A stretch of 64,000 bases of DNA, taken from NCBI GenBank assembly GCA_003151615.1, contig PLXZ01000001.1, positions 134,544-198,543 on the forward strand. The letters are read 5' to 3'. The notes below the pieces were generated by a model that saw nothing but the letters and a program-made list of their open reading frames with translations, made no database searches and was not told where the DNA came from. This document shows positions 47,449 through 57,986 of the stretch, piece by piece; within the stretch, counting starts at the first letter, position 1, and the number at the start of each line of letters is the position of its first letter. The position numbers were made by a program, and so were the translations under genes. This stretch comes from Candidatus Tayloriibacteriota bacterium (GTDB lineage Bacteria; Patescibacteriota; Minisyncoccia; Phycocordibacterales; PALSA-1337).

Positions 47449-48911
47449 AAAATCGCACAAAAAATGCCGGAATTATTTTGGTCAATGTCCTCGTGTTCGC
47501 AACGATTGCGATCATTCTCACGACTGCCCTGGTTCAATGGGGCGCGACGATTTTGAAGAATGAAACCCAGCTGACGAACAGCCAGCAGGCTTTTGAAATA
47601 GCGGAATCGGGCATTGATTATTACAAATGGCATCTGAACAATCTGCCGAGCGATTATTATGACGGCAATGCGTCACGCACTTCGCCGGGACCCTACGTGC
47701 ATTCATTTCAGGACAAGGACGGAAATACGCTCGGGCAGTTTTCGCTGAAAATTACGCCGCCCGCAACAGGTACGACAATCGTAACCGTCAAGTCAACGGG
47801 TACCTCAAGCACTACGCCAGTGGTTTCCCGAAGCATCCAGGCCCAGTTCGCCATTCCTTCATTTGCCCAATATGCGGTTGTTGCGAATGACAATATGAAT
47901 TTTGGGGCGGGAACCATCACCTATGGTCCGATACAGTCGAATTACGGAGTTCATTTTGACGGGACCGCGCATAACATTGTTAGCAGTGCCCTATCCACGT
48001 ATGTGGATCCGGACACGGGGTTAACGGAATATGCTGTTTATACAACAGGTGATCCACATCCTCCGACGACCCAGCCCGCAGATTCCGGTATATTTTTGGC
48101 GGGAAGACAGTTTCCCGTGCCGACAGTTGATTTTGTCGGAATCACCACAAATCTCAATAATCTGGAAACTATAGCGAATTCTGAAAAAAATGGCAGTACC
48201 ATTTACAACTACACGTCTTCCGGCGTACAGGGATATTACATCCAGCTTAATACCAACGATACGTTTAATTTGTACAAAGTGAATTCACTCGTGTCCCTCG
48301 CAGGCAACCCTAATTCATGCACGAACAATTCGACCGAACAGAGGGAGTCCGGCTGGGGTTCTTGGAGCATCAACACAAAGACGCTCTATAAAAGCAGCGT
48401 GCCGTTTCCGTCGAGCGGCGTCATTTTCTTCCAAGACAATGTCTGGGTTGACGGCGCAATTAATACGGCGCGTCTGACAATTGCCGCCGGTATTCCCGGA
48501 GCGACGAGTAACTACGCAAACATTACCGTAAATAACAATTTGACGTATACGAATTTTAACGGTCAGGATGTCATAGGCCTCATTGCCCAGGGAAATATTA
48601 ATGTCGGTTTTGTCAGCGCAGACAATCTGACAGTTGACGCGGCTCTTGTCGCCCAAAACGGAAGGGTCGGACGATACTACTATTATTCAAGCTGTACCTC
48701 TCCGTCGGGGTACTATTATGACCGTACAACGCTTAATCTTGTCGGTATGATTGCCACGAACCAGCGCTACGGTTTCGCCTACAGCGACGGGACTGGCTAT
48801 ATGAACCGAAACATTACCTATGACAGCAATCTTTTGTACGGTCCGCCGCCGTCGTTTCCCCTTGCGTCCAGCCAGTATTCGACCATTTCATGGGGAGAAG
48901 TGCCGAATTGA
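47445..48911 (+). CDS. PilX/GspK-like minor pilin
   Basis: AG|IILVNVL (no Glu5), QAFEIAESGI, C-terminal YD..L...PPP.FP. Confidence 0.8.
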   Translation: MKNRTKNAGIILVNVLVFATIAIILTTALVQWGATILKNETQLTNSQQAFEIAESGIDYYKWHLNNLPSDYYDGNASRTSPGPYVHSFQDKDGNTLGQFSLKITPPATGTTIVTVKSTGTSSTTPVVSRSIQAQFAIPSFAQYAVVANDNMNFGAGTITYGPIQSNYGVHFDGTAHNIVSSALSTYVDPDTGLTEYAVYTTGDPHPPTTQPADSGIFLAGRQFPVPTVDFVGITTNLNNLETIANSEKNGSTIYNYTSSGVQGYYIQLNTNDTFNLYKVNSLVSLAGNPNSCTNNSTEQRESGWGSWSINTKTLYKSSVPFPSSGVIFFQDNVWVDGAINTARLTIAAGIPGATSNYANITVNNNLTYTNFNGQDVIGLIAQGNINVGFVSADNLTVDAALVAQNGRVGRYYYYSSCTSPSGYYYDRTTLNLVGMIATNQRYGFAYSDGTGYMNRNITYDSNLLYGPPPSFPLASSQYSTISWGEVPN

Positions 48912-48952
48912 CCTTAGCGAAGCGCCGCATTTCGCTGTGATATAATTGACGC

Positions 48953-49777
48953 ATGACAAAAAAATTTTCACGGAAAATCGGACAGAAAATCGTCATCGGA
49001 AACTGGAAAATGAATCCTCTTACGGTTGCGGAAGCAAAAAGAATTATCGTTTCGGTGAAGAAAGCGGCGAAAAAATTAAACCGGACAAAAGTCGTGATAT
49101 GTCCACCATCTCCGTTCATCGGATATGCGTTGCCTCGCGTGCCTGAAAAATCGACTGCAAAAGGTGTCGTCAGCGTTGGTGCGCAGGATGTTTTTTATGA
49201 AGAGCAGGGAGCTTTTACGGGCGAAGTAAGCGCCCGGCAATTGGCGGATATGGATCTTGGTTATGTCATTGTCGGACATTCGGAGCGTCGCCGCGCGGGT
49301 GAAGGCGCTTTTGCGGCTGAAACTGACGTGGTCGTCGCGAAAAAAGCAATCGCGGTGGCGCAGGCGGGAATGGTTGCCGTTTTGTGCGTCGGGGAGACGG
49401 TCCGCGATGCCCACGGCGAATATTTGGATTTTCTGAGGAATCAGATACGCGCTTCCCTCCAGGGATTTTCCAAAAAATATATCGAGGAACGCCGTCTCGT
49501 CGTCGCCTACGAACCCGTTTGGGCAATCGGAGCGAAGGAGGCGATGACCCCGACTCTCATCCATGAAATGACTATTTTCGTAAAAAAAGTTTTGGCGGAT
49601 CTGTACGGCCAGGAAGAGGCTTTTGACGTTCCGGTTTTGTACGGAGGGTCAGTCAACTTCAGAAATGCCGCTGATATTATTCGCGGCGGCGAGGTGAACG
49701 GCCTGCTCGTCGGACGTGAGAGCGTGAATGCGCCCGGTTTTGCCGAACTTATTCGCGCCGTTGATGAGGTGAAATGA
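48953..49777 (+). CDS. tpiA: Triosephosphate isomerase
   Basis: GNWKMN, GAFTGEVS, GHSERR, AYEPVWAIG and LYGGSV motifs. Confidence 0.96.
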   Translation: MTKKFSRKIGQKIVIGNWKMNPLTVAEAKRIIVSVKKAAKKLNRTKVVICPPSPFIGYALPRVPEKSTAKGVVSVGAQDVFYEEQGAFTGEVSARQLADMDLGYVIVGHSERRRAGEGAFAAETDVVVAKKAIAVAQAGMVAVLCVGETVRDAHGEYLDFLRNQIRASLQGFSKKYIEERRLVVAYEPVWAIGAKEAMTPTLIHEMTIFVKKVLADLYGQEEAFDVPVLYGGSVNFRNAADIIRGGEVNGLLVGRESVNAPGFAELIRAVDEVK

Positions 49778-49778
49778 T

Positions 49779-50978
49779 ATGAAGACCATAAAGGATATTG
49801 AAGTTTTGAAAGGCGTGCGCGTATTATTGCGCGCCGATTTCAATGTGCCGGTCAAAAACGGCGCGGTTGTCGATGATTTTCGCATACGGAAAATTCTGCC
49901 TACATTGGCGTATTTGAAGGAAAAGGGCGCGCGGGTGATTTTGATCAGCCATATTGAGAGCAATGAGACGAGTGGCTCCGTAAATCCAGCCGTCAAAACC
50001 GAGCCGACGCTGGTCCCGATTATTCCCGCGTTGAAAAAACTCGGCGTCGAGTGCGGATTTATCGAAAATTATGGTAATGCTTTCGCGGCTTCGCAGGCTC
50101 TGACCGACGGAGGCTTCATTCTTCTCGAAAATCTGCGCGTCAATCCGGGTGAAAAGAAAAACGATCGGAAATTTGCGAAGGAATTGTCATCGCTTGCGGA
50201 TATTTACATAAATGACGCGTTTTCAGTTTCCCATCGGGCGCATGCTTCAATCGTCGCTATCACCGAATTTTTGCCGAGCTATGCCGGATTTTTGCTGGAA
50301 AGTGAAGTCACAAATTTGAGCGCGGCTTTTAATCCCGAGAGGCCGTTTCTTTTTGTTCTCGGCGGCGCAAAATTTGAGACAAAGGTTCCATTGATAGAAA
50401 AATTCATCCAGACTGCCGACACCGTTTTTGTCGGCGGCGCACTTGCCCATAATTTTTTCAAAGAGAAAGGTTACAATCTGGGTAAATCGCTTGTTTCGGC
50501 GCAAGACTTTGATTTGAAGCGTTTTTTTGGAAATCCCAAACTTCTTTTGCCGATTGACGTAGTGGTGCAAAATGACGCCGGTGAAAAAATCCTAAAGATG
50601 CCGGATAAACTTGCCGCGGATGACATTATTATGGATGCGGGTCCGGAAACCGTCGCTCTTTTGCAGAAAACTATTTCGGCCGCAAAGCAGATTTTATGGA
50701 ACGGACCTCTTGGCGCGTACGAAAAAGGCTTCAAACAGCCCACGATTGATTTGGCGAAAGCTGTCGGTGCCGCGACAAAAAATTCCGGCGCGAAAACAAT
50801 AGTCGGCGGTGCGGACACGCTCGCAACCATTGCCGAGATCGGCGATCAAGGCAGTTCGACCGGCGAATCTATTGAACGGGAATTTAGTTTTGTCTCCACG
50901 GGCGGAGGCGCGATGCTCGATTTTCTTGCGAATGAAACTTTGCCGGGGATTGACGCGCTTAATTCGTCGAAGCAGTAG
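49779..50978 (+). CDS. pgk: Phosphoglycerate kinase
   Basis: R.DFNVP, LENLR, GGAK, WNGPLG and STGGGA motifs. Confidence 0.96.
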   Translation: MKTIKDIEVLKGVRVLLRADFNVPVKNGAVVDDFRIRKILPTLAYLKEKGARVILISHIESNETSGSVNPAVKTEPTLVPIIPALKKLGVECGFIENYGNAFAASQALTDGGFILLENLRVNPGEKKNDRKFAKELSSLADIYINDAFSVSHRAHASIVAITEFLPSYAGFLLESEVTNLSAAFNPERPFLFVLGGAKFETKVPLIEKFIQTADTVFVGGALAHNFFKEKGYNLGKSLVSAQDFDLKRFFGNPKLLLPIDVVVQNDAGEKILKMPDKLAADDIIMDAGPETVALLQKTISAAKQILWNGPLGAYEKGFKQPTIDLAKAVGAATKNSGAKTIVGGADTLATIAEIGDQGSSTGESIEREFSFVSTGGGAMLDFLANETLPGIDALNSSKQ

Positions 50979-50990
50979 CCTGGCTATATT

Positions 50991-51374
50991 TTAAAGGTCG
51001 TTAATTATCTTTTTCGCATTTGCGGCGAAATCCATTTTATCTCCCGCTACGTCGCGGTTTGGGTAGACCCAAATATGAGCGTGCGTGACTTCGTCGCCGA
51101 CAATTTTACTTAAAATCCATTCAGTATTAAAAGCTTTTTGCTGGGCCTTGGCGATTTTTTGGGCAATTTCGAAATATGCACCGGCATTCGGCACGTCCCA
51201 AACCCAACGATAATGTTCTTTAGGGATGATCTGCGTGTGACCGGGAGATTGGGGATTAATGTCGAGAAACGCGAGGAAATCGCTGTCCTCGTAGACAATG
51301 TGCGCCGGAATTTCCTTCGCCACGATTTTGCAGAAGATGCAATCTCTGTCTTTTTCATCAATAAGTTTTTTCAT
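50991..51374 (-). CDS. HIT family protein
   Basis: DCIFCKI, AFLDI.P..PGH, V.HAHIW. Confidence 0.9.
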   Translation of the reverse strand: MKKLIDEKDRDCIFCKIVAKEIPAHIVYEDSDFLAFLDINPQSPGHTQIIPKEHYRWVWDVPNAGAYFEIAQKIAKAQQKAFNTEWILSKIVGDEVTHAHIWVYPNRDVAGDKMDFAANAKKIINDL

Positions 51375-51534
51375 ACTTCACATTATATATAATTTATGAA
51401 TAAGTTGCACAATCATCCGATTGTTTTTCTTTCATAATTGACTTGGTATATAAGATATGTTATTGTATAAAGAACAACAAAAGTTCTTTATATGCTTGTC
51501 TTTTGCAAAGCAAAGAACGTACAGGAAGGAAAAT

Positions 51535-52119
51535 ATGAAACCGGAAAATCTTGTCGTAACTCCCGACGTTTTCTTCGACTTATTCATTCTCAGTATGATG
51601 TTCCGCGCCAAGCAGGCAGGGCGTGAATACGAAGGATTCGATCTGTCGACGTGGTCCACAGTCGATTCCGTCCTTCGCATCTTCGATAATTTAAAAATCG
51701 TGACTGCGACCCAGCGCCGCAAAATTTCCGACGATGTTCGCGTCCAAGCGTTGTTTGTGCGAAATGCGCGCATCACATACGGAACTGTCAGTTCGCAGGC
51801 TCCCGAAGACGAGACAGTTCGCAGGATCATTGTAAAAGTTCCCGACGGCTTGACGGGTCAATTTTTGAGAAAACAGATTCTCAAGAATACGCGGATATTC
51901 CTCAGTCGTCGCGGATTGAATGGGGCAGAAGTCATTACAAAGTATTACCCATGGTTCACCGAGTTAATGTTCCTGGACGCATACAATACTTCCCGGGAAA
52001 AATTTGATAAATACCCGAAGAAAGCCAAAGGAGCGATAATCATGGCTTATCAAGCAAACGTCGCCGCCGAGCTTGAAATCGAAAGATTTATGCTTGGTGC
52101 GAAAAACACAAAGAAATAA
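51535..52119 (+). CDS. Hypothetical protein
   Basis: ATG at 51535 after AGGAAGGA; upstream TTGACT-17-TATTGT promoter-like sequence. Confidence 0.6.
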   Translation: MKPENLVVTPDVFFDLFILSMMFRAKQAGREYEGFDLSTWSTVDSVLRIFDNLKIVTATQRRKISDDVRVQALFVRNARITYGTVSSQAPEDETVRRIIVKVPDGLTGQFLRKQILKNTRIFLSRRGLNGAEVITKYYPWFTELMFLDAYNTSREKFDKYPKKAKGAIIMAYQANVAAELEIERFMLGAKNTKK

Positions 52120-52193
52120 GTTTGAAAATCAGAAGAAGGCCCTCCCGGCTTTCTTTTTTATATCGATACAGCCTCCATGATATACTTCGCTTT

Positions 52194-53936
52194 ATGAAGA
52201 AATACTCGGTGAGGGAAACGCTGCCAGATTCAAATCTGCTTAATCATCTGTTATTTCATCGCGGAGTAAAAACGGCCGAAGAAATCGAACTTTTTCTCAA
52301 TCCCGATTATGAAAAGCAAGTTCATGACCCGTTTTTGCTGAAGGACATGGACAAGGCAGTGGAGAGAATTTTGAAGGCGATCAAGTCCGGCGAAAAAACC
52401 GTCATATATAGCGACTATGACACCGACGGAATTCCGGGCGGAGTGATTTTGCATGATTTTTTCAAAAAGGCCGGCTTCACTAATTTTACGAATTATATTC
52501 CGCATCGGCATGACGAGGGTTTTGGTCTGAATAGTGACGCCATAAAGCAATTTATCGCCGATGGAGTGAAATTGCTCATCACAATTGATTGTGGCATTGC
52601 AGATACGGCCCATGTGAAGGAGGCGATGGACGCCGGCGTTGACGTCATTATCACCGACCATCATCTTCCGTCGTCTGACCCCGCTGAAATTCCTCTGGCA
52701 TTCGCGATTGTGAATCCCAAGCAAGCGGACTGCCTGTATCCCGAGAAAATGTTGTGCGGAAGCGGCGTCGTTTTCAAATTGATTCAGGGAATTTTGAAAA
52801 AAGACCGGCTGGGAATAAAGGAAGGGCAGGAAAAATGGCTTCTCGACATGGTCGGCATTGCGACGCTGTCGGATATGGTTCCTTTGACCGGCGAAAATCG
52901 CGTTTTGGCATATTATGGATTGACTGTTTTGCGGAAATCGCCGCGGCTCGGCATTATGCGACTGTTGCGCGAGCTTGGAGTTGACCAACGATACCTGACT
53001 GAAGACGACATAGGGTTTACCATCGGTCCGCGCATCAATGCCGCGTCGAGAATGGGCGTACCGATGGACGCTTTTAACTTGCTTGCCACGACCGATCCCG
53101 CCGAAGCCGACCATTTTGCCAAACATTTGAATAAAATAAACGACGAGCGAAAGGGAACTGTCGCGGCGATTGTCAAAGAAGTGAATAAGACGATAAAAGA
53201 ACGCTGGGACGCGGACGCCGAAAAAATGCCGCGGGTCATTGTTCTCGGCAATCCGGAGTGGAAGCCCTCTTTAGCCGGTCTGGTGGCGAATACACTTGCC
53301 GAAAAATACAACCGGCCTGTTTTTATCTGGGGGCGTGACGGCGACGGAGTCATAAAAGGTTCATGTCGTTCCGAAGGCGAAACGAATTTGGTTGAATTGA
53401 TGCGTCTCTCCGACGCCGGTTTCATCCAATACGGCGGCCACGCTTTTTCCGGAGGCTTTTCAATTTCAAACGAGGGAATTCACGCGTTGCCCGAAAAATT
53501 AAATGCCGGATATCAAAAATTGCAACGGGAAAAACGTGCCGGAACGATTGTCGGTGATGCGGTTTTCATCGACCGCGACATGTTGCTCGACAGTGTCAGT
53601 TGGGACACGTACCGCGTCATCGAAAAGCTCGCGCCGTTCGGCATCGCCAATCCAAAGCCGCTTTTTATGTTTAAAAATGTCGTGCCCTCGTCGGTTCGGC
53701 AATTCGGCAAGGAGAAAAATCATCTCGAAATCGTATTTGAAGATTTGTACGGCATGAATTCGTTGCAAAGACCGGTCAAAGCCATCGGATTTTTCATGAC
53801 GGCGGCGGACTGGGAAGAAAGCCTCGGTGGGCCGATTGTTGCGGGCAAGACGGTCACACTCATTGCCCATTTTGAGAAATCAATTTTTCGCGGAAAAACC
53901 GAATTGCGTCTGCGTATCGTTGATGTGATATTATAG
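52194..53936 (+). CDS. recJ: Single-stranded DNA exonuclease RecJ
   Basis: DYDTDG, TIDCG, TDHH, PRINAASR, GSCRS, GGH and PFG.ANP.P motifs. Confidence 0.95.
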   Translation: MKKYSVRETLPDSNLLNHLLFHRGVKTAEEIELFLNPDYEKQVHDPFLLKDMDKAVERILKAIKSGEKTVIYSDYDTDGIPGGVILHDFFKKAGFTNFTNYIPHRHDEGFGLNSDAIKQFIADGVKLLITIDCGIADTAHVKEAMDAGVDVIITDHHLPSSDPAEIPLAFAIVNPKQADCLYPEKMLCGSGVVFKLIQGILKKDRLGIKEGQEKWLLDMVGIATLSDMVPLTGENRVLAYYGLTVLRKSPRLGIMRLLRELGVDQRYLTEDDIGFTIGPRINAASRMGVPMDAFNLLATTDPAEADHFAKHLNKINDERKGTVAAIVKEVNKTIKERWDADAEKMPRVIVLGNPEWKPSLAGLVANTLAEKYNRPVFIWGRDGDGVIKGSCRSEGETNLVELMRLSDAGFIQYGGHAFSGGFSISNEGIHALPEKLNAGYQKLQREKRAGTIVGDAVFIDRDMLLDSVSWDTYRVIEKLAPFGIANPKPLFMFKNVVPSSVRQFGKEKNHLEIVFEDLYGMNSLQRPVKAIGFFMTAADWEESLGGPIVAGKTVTLIAHFEKSIFRGKTELRLRIVDVIL

Positions 53937-53941
53937 TCGCT

Positions 53942-54739
53942 ATGATAACGATTTTTACCGACGGTTCGTCGCGCGGCAATCCCGGTCCGGGAGGGTGGGG
54001 TGCTATTGTTGTCGCGGATGGAAAAACGGACACGGAAAAAACCGAAAAAGCAGGTGTCGCTAAATCAGTGACCGAACTGGGCGGTCGCGAGGCGCACACG
54101 ACCAATAACCGCATGGAACTGACCGCGGCAATCGAAGGCTTGAAATATGTTGCAAAATCAGGTTTTTCCGGAGATATTGTGGTCAACAGCGATTCTTCGT
54201 ACGTCATAAACGGCATTACGAAGTGGGTGCATGGCTGGAAGAAAAAAGGCTGGAAGACGCTCGACAAAAAAGAGGTCGTAAACCGCGATTTATGGGAAAT
54301 GCTCGACGGTTTTGCAGCCGAAGCCGGCGTCGGAGCGAATTCACCACGTGTAATTTCATGGAACTATGTTGGCGGACATGTCGGAGTCGCCGGCAACGAG
54401 CGTTGCGACGAAATTGCGACGTCGTTCGCGGATAATGAACCGGTGAAATTGTTTTCCGGTGCACTCGCCGATTATTCCGTGGCGAATATTTTGGATATTT
54501 CGGTTTCGGTCGGCGCTTCCGCAGCAAAATCAGAAAAAAAATCCTCGAAAGCGCGTTCAAATGCCGTCGCGTATTCGTACGTCAGCATGGTTGACGGCAT
54601 TATTGCCACCGACAAAACATGGCGCGACTGCGAAGCCCGGGTGAAGGGCAAACGCGGCGCAAAATACAAAAAAGCTTTGAATAAATTTGACGAATCCGAA
54701 ATTATGGCTCAATTTCGTGAAAATTCTTCGAAAAATTGA
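53942..54739 (+). CDS. rnhA: Ribonuclease HI with a C-terminal hybrid-binding (viroplasmin-like) domain
   Basis: FTDGSSRGNPGPGG, TNNRMEL, DSSYV, GH.G..GNE.CD; C-terminal TW.DCEARVKG..GAKYKK. Confidence 0.92.
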   Translation: MITIFTDGSSRGNPGPGGWGAIVVADGKTDTEKTEKAGVAKSVTELGGREAHTTNNRMELTAAIEGLKYVAKSGFSGDIVVNSDSSYVINGITKWVHGWKKKGWKTLDKKEVVNRDLWEMLDGFAAEAGVGANSPRVISWNYVGGHVGVAGNERCDEIATSFADNEPVKLFSGALADYSVANILDISVSVGASAAKSEKKSSKARSNAVAYSYVSMVDGIIATDKTWRDCEARVKGKRGAKYKKALNKFDESEIMAQFRENSSKN

Positions 54740-54796
54740 TAAAGATTTTAATAAATCTTGAGCGTTTCTTTATCGCCGGTATGCCATGATTGGTTG

Positions 54797-56239
54797 ATGG
54801 CGATTCAGGAACATATTTTCAAAAAATGTGCGGTTTGGTCGGCGGTTGCGATAATGGCGGCTGTTCCCGTTTGTCTGCGTCTATGGCAATTACAGAATCA
54901 TGAGGCACAGGTCAAGCGCACTTTAAACGATTTTGCATACGAAAAAACGCCGGTGACAATTGTCGGCATTATTGATACCGAACCCGACATCAGGCCGTCT
55001 ACGCAAGAATTTACAATTCATGTTGAAAAAGTTGATTCAATGACGGTGGACACGCGTGTTTTGGTCACTGAAAAAGTGTATCCGCATTATTTATACGGAG
55101 ACGAAATCAGCCTCGCGGGCAAACTCCTTGTGCCGCGAAATTTTAGCGACGGCAGCGAGAGGGAATTCGATTACGTCCACTATTTGTCAAAAGACGGCAT
55201 ATTTTTTACGATGAAAAATCCGCAGGCTTCGGTTGTTGCGACAGGCAAGGGCAATCCATTGTACGCAAAATTATTCGCGTTTAAAGAAAGCTTTCTCGAC
55301 AATATCCGGCGGGTTTTAGGCGAGCCCGAGGCGTCGCTCGCGGCGGGTGAAATCGTCGGCGACAAAGCTTCGCTTGGGAAGGATTTAACAGACGATTTCC
55401 GGCGATCGGGGCTGATCCATATTGTCATTTTGTCCGGCTACAGCATTGCCATCATTGCCGATTCGATCCAGCGGATGTTGTCGGTTGTGCCATATTTGCC
55501 GAGGTCGGTCAGTTTGTTTTCCGGTGCTGCCGGCATTTTGCTTTTCGGAATCATGATTGGAGGCAAAGCTACCGCCGTGCGTGCCTGTATTATGGCCATC
55601 ATGTCGATTACCGCGAAAATAATGTATCGCGATTATCACGCTTTGCGGGCGCTCATTTTAACCGCATATGTAATGATTGTGCAAAATCCGTACATCGTTT
55701 TGTACGATGCCTCGTTTCAGGTTTCATTTACGGCGACGCTCGGCTTGATTCTGCTCGGAAAACATATCGAGGGTTTTTTGAAGAAATTTCCGCGTCTGTT
55801 TCCGGAACGATTTGAAATCCGGGCATTGGTGACTTCGACGCTCGCCACGCAAATTGCCGTCGCACCGCTCCTCTTATATATGATGGGGGATGCGTCGGTT
55901 GTCGGTTTGATTGCGAACCTGATTGTCGTGCCGTTTATCCCGCTGACATTACTGGTTATTTTTTGCACGGGAATGTCCGGATTTATCGCAATCGCGGGTG
56001 GTTTTGTCGGAACGGTCGGTTCCTACGTTTCAATCGGATTTGCGGCGGTATCGCATGTTTTGCTTTCGTATGAACTCGTCATCGTACAATTTTTCGGTAC
56101 GTTTCCGTATGCGATTGTCACAATCAACAATTTTTCATTGTGGATGATGTGGTGTGTCTACGCGCTGTATGCCGCAGGGTATTTTATTTTGAAGAGGAAA
56201 CTGCATCTGCAAAATTCCCCTCGATCACCTCCCAGTTGA
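54797..56239 (+). CDS. comEC: ComEC competence channel (DUF4131/OB plus competence domain, no MBL domain)
   Basis: FDY..YL, FRRSGLIHIVILSG, RA.IM, SFQVSF.AT and ANL motifs. Confidence 0.88.
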   Translation: MAIQEHIFKKCAVWSAVAIMAAVPVCLRLWQLQNHEAQVKRTLNDFAYEKTPVTIVGIIDTEPDIRPSTQEFTIHVEKVDSMTVDTRVLVTEKVYPHYLYGDEISLAGKLLVPRNFSDGSEREFDYVHYLSKDGIFFTMKNPQASVVATGKGNPLYAKLFAFKESFLDNIRRVLGEPEASLAAGEIVGDKASLGKDLTDDFRRSGLIHIVILSGYSIAIIADSIQRMLSVVPYLPRSVSLFSGAAGILLFGIMIGGKATAVRACIMAIMSITAKIMYRDYHALRALILTAYVMIVQNPYIVLYDASFQVSFTATLGLILLGKHIEGFLKKFPRLFPERFEIRALVTSTLATQIAVAPLLLYMMGDASVVGLIANLIVVPFIPLTLLVIFCTGMSGFIAIAGGFVGTVGSYVSIGFAAVSHVLLSYELVIVQFFGTFPYAIVTINNFSLWMMWCVYALYAAGYFILKRKLHLQNSPRSPPS

Positions 56240-56804
56240 GATTTGCAAAAAAATCTTCAATGTACTGTTTTTTGCCCGACGGCTGGTAATCGGCGACGTA
56301 CGAGTGTTCCCACATGTCGATTCCGAGAATCATGGCGCAGTCGTTCAACAGGCCGAAATGTTGTTCATCGACCCACGAAGCGAGAAGGCGGCTGTTTTTG
56401 CGATCGTACCAGAGGACGTTCCATCCGATGCCGCGTGTCGTTGCGGCTGTCGCCTTGAATCCCGCGATAAAATTCTCCACGGAACCGTAGGTGTCGATTA
56501 ATATTTTCTTGAGGGGACTTGTCTTGGAGAGGGTTTTTGCGCCGCCTTCGAGCGAGGCAAAATATATCTCATGGTTTCTCATGCCGTTGTATTCAAAGCT
56601 CAACCGTCGCCGCAATTCGCCGATGACGTAAGCGTTTCCCTCGGCGTCTTCCTGCATGTATGTTCCGATCTTTTCCAAAAGAAGATTGGCGTTTTTGACG
56701 TAGCCGGCGTAAAGTTTCAAATGCTCATCGATAGTTTTCTTCGAAATGCCCTTTAATTCCGGAATAACGAACTTCCTTTCTTCAAATTTTTGTGTTGCAT
56801 TCAT
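56184..56804 (-). CDS. Fe/Mn superoxide dismutase family protein
   Basis: EHLKLY.GYV, NHEIYF, G.GW and DMWEHSY..DY motifs. Confidence 0.88.
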   Translation of the reverse strand: MNATQKFEERKFVIPELKGISKKTIDEHLKLYAGYVKNANLLLEKIGTYMQEDAEGNAYVIGELRRRLSFEYNGMRNHEIYFASLEGGAKTLSKTSPLKKILIDTYGSVENFIAGFKATAATTRGIGWNVLWYDRKNSRLLASWVDEQHFGLLNDCAMILGIDMWEHSYVADYQPSGKKQYIEDFFANLNWEVIEGNFADAVSSSK

Positions 56805-56864
56805 AATTTTATTTTTTCTTTAACATTTCTTTATTAAAACTTCATCTCGACTGTGTATGATTGG

Positions 56865-57815
56865 ATGATGAAATCCATTATATCACTATCGGCGACTGTT
56901 ATGATTTTGTCGGGTATAGGCCTCGGGACATATGTTTGGCATTGGGAGCATCGGCCGCACGTTCTGGAAATCTATTGCTTCGCCCTCGACAAAAGCGGCA
57001 ACAGTCCCGGAAATTTGGCGGTTTTCATACGCACCCCCGACGGCCACACCATTTTGATTGACGGTGGCAAGTCGTCTTCGGTTGTTTCCGCGCTCGGTTC
57101 CGTCATGCCGTTTTATAGACGTTCAATCGATACGGTTATTTCAACGAATCCCGATGATTCGCACGTTACGGGTCTTGTGGCGGTAGTTGCGCGATATCAT
57201 GTCGGGAAAATTGTGCGATTAAATGCCGCGGACGCATCATCGTCTGCGGCAGATTTTGTCGCAACAGGTTCCGCCTCTACGACATTAACGGATGAAATTT
57301 CAAAGCAAAAAATTCCGATAGTCGAAGTGTCGGCAGGGGATTCAATCGATATCGGAGATCCTGCAATTTTGATTCAAGCCCTTTTTCCATCACCGGATTT
57401 TCAGTTTTCGAAAACAAATCCGCAGGTTATATCGTTTTTGCTTCGCTACGGTTCGACGACTGTTTTGTTCGGCGGCGACCTCACGAAAAAAGAGCAGGAA
57501 TATGCGGCTGGAGAAATCGCGTCTTCGACTGATTTTTCTTCGATAACTCCGGCTTCAATATCATCGCGTCTGCTCATCTTGCCACACGCCGAAAATGTCG
57601 GCGTCGCGGGTGAACATCTGTTTGAAGCCTACGCACCGAATTATATTGTTGTGCTTAAAAAACCAACATCTTCAACCCGAATTAAAAATACGCCGAAAAA
57701 ACCGCCTTTTGATATTTCCTCGCTCTCGAATCTTTCAGTCATTAATTTGACAACCGACGGCAATGTTGAATTTATTTCCGACGGCTCGGTTTTTTCAGTA
57801 AAGAAGTTGAAGTAG
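56865..57815 (+). CDS. Stand-alone ComEC/Rec2 C-terminal metallo-beta-lactamase-fold protein with degenerate metal site
   Basis: A.FIRTP.G..ILIDGG; TNPDDSH in place of THxHxDH; GD; PH; T..GNV. Confidence 0.75.
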   Translation: MMKSIISLSATVMILSGIGLGTYVWHWEHRPHVLEIYCFALDKSGNSPGNLAVFIRTPDGHTILIDGGKSSSVVSALGSVMPFYRRSIDTVISTNPDDSHVTGLVAVVARYHVGKIVRLNAADASSSAADFVATGSASTTLTDEISKQKIPIVEVSAGDSIDIGDPAILIQALFPSPDFQFSKTNPQVISFLLRYGSTTVLFGGDLTKKEQEYAAGEIASSTDFSSITPASISSRLLILPHAENVGVAGEHLFEAYAPNYIVVLKKPTSSTRIKNTPKKPPFDISSLSNLSVINLTTDGNVEFISDGSVFSVKKLK

Positions 57816-57986
57816 GGAGGGCACGTTTTATGACGTTTTATGCCATCTATTTAATCATGATTTAAATTTGGCAATATTAACCCGAAGGTGTTGCGAAGGC
57901 CATGATACATTACGGCGTACTTGACATTTTGGCATTATAGTGATAATAATATATCAGTTAGACAACTTTCAAGGAGGCAATTAATT

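Noticed and set aside
52251-53126. Long antisense ORFs (291 aa against recJ; also 22730-23443, 38536-39108, 41414-42025)
   Set aside because: Shadow or alternate frames of well-supported genes, with no motifs
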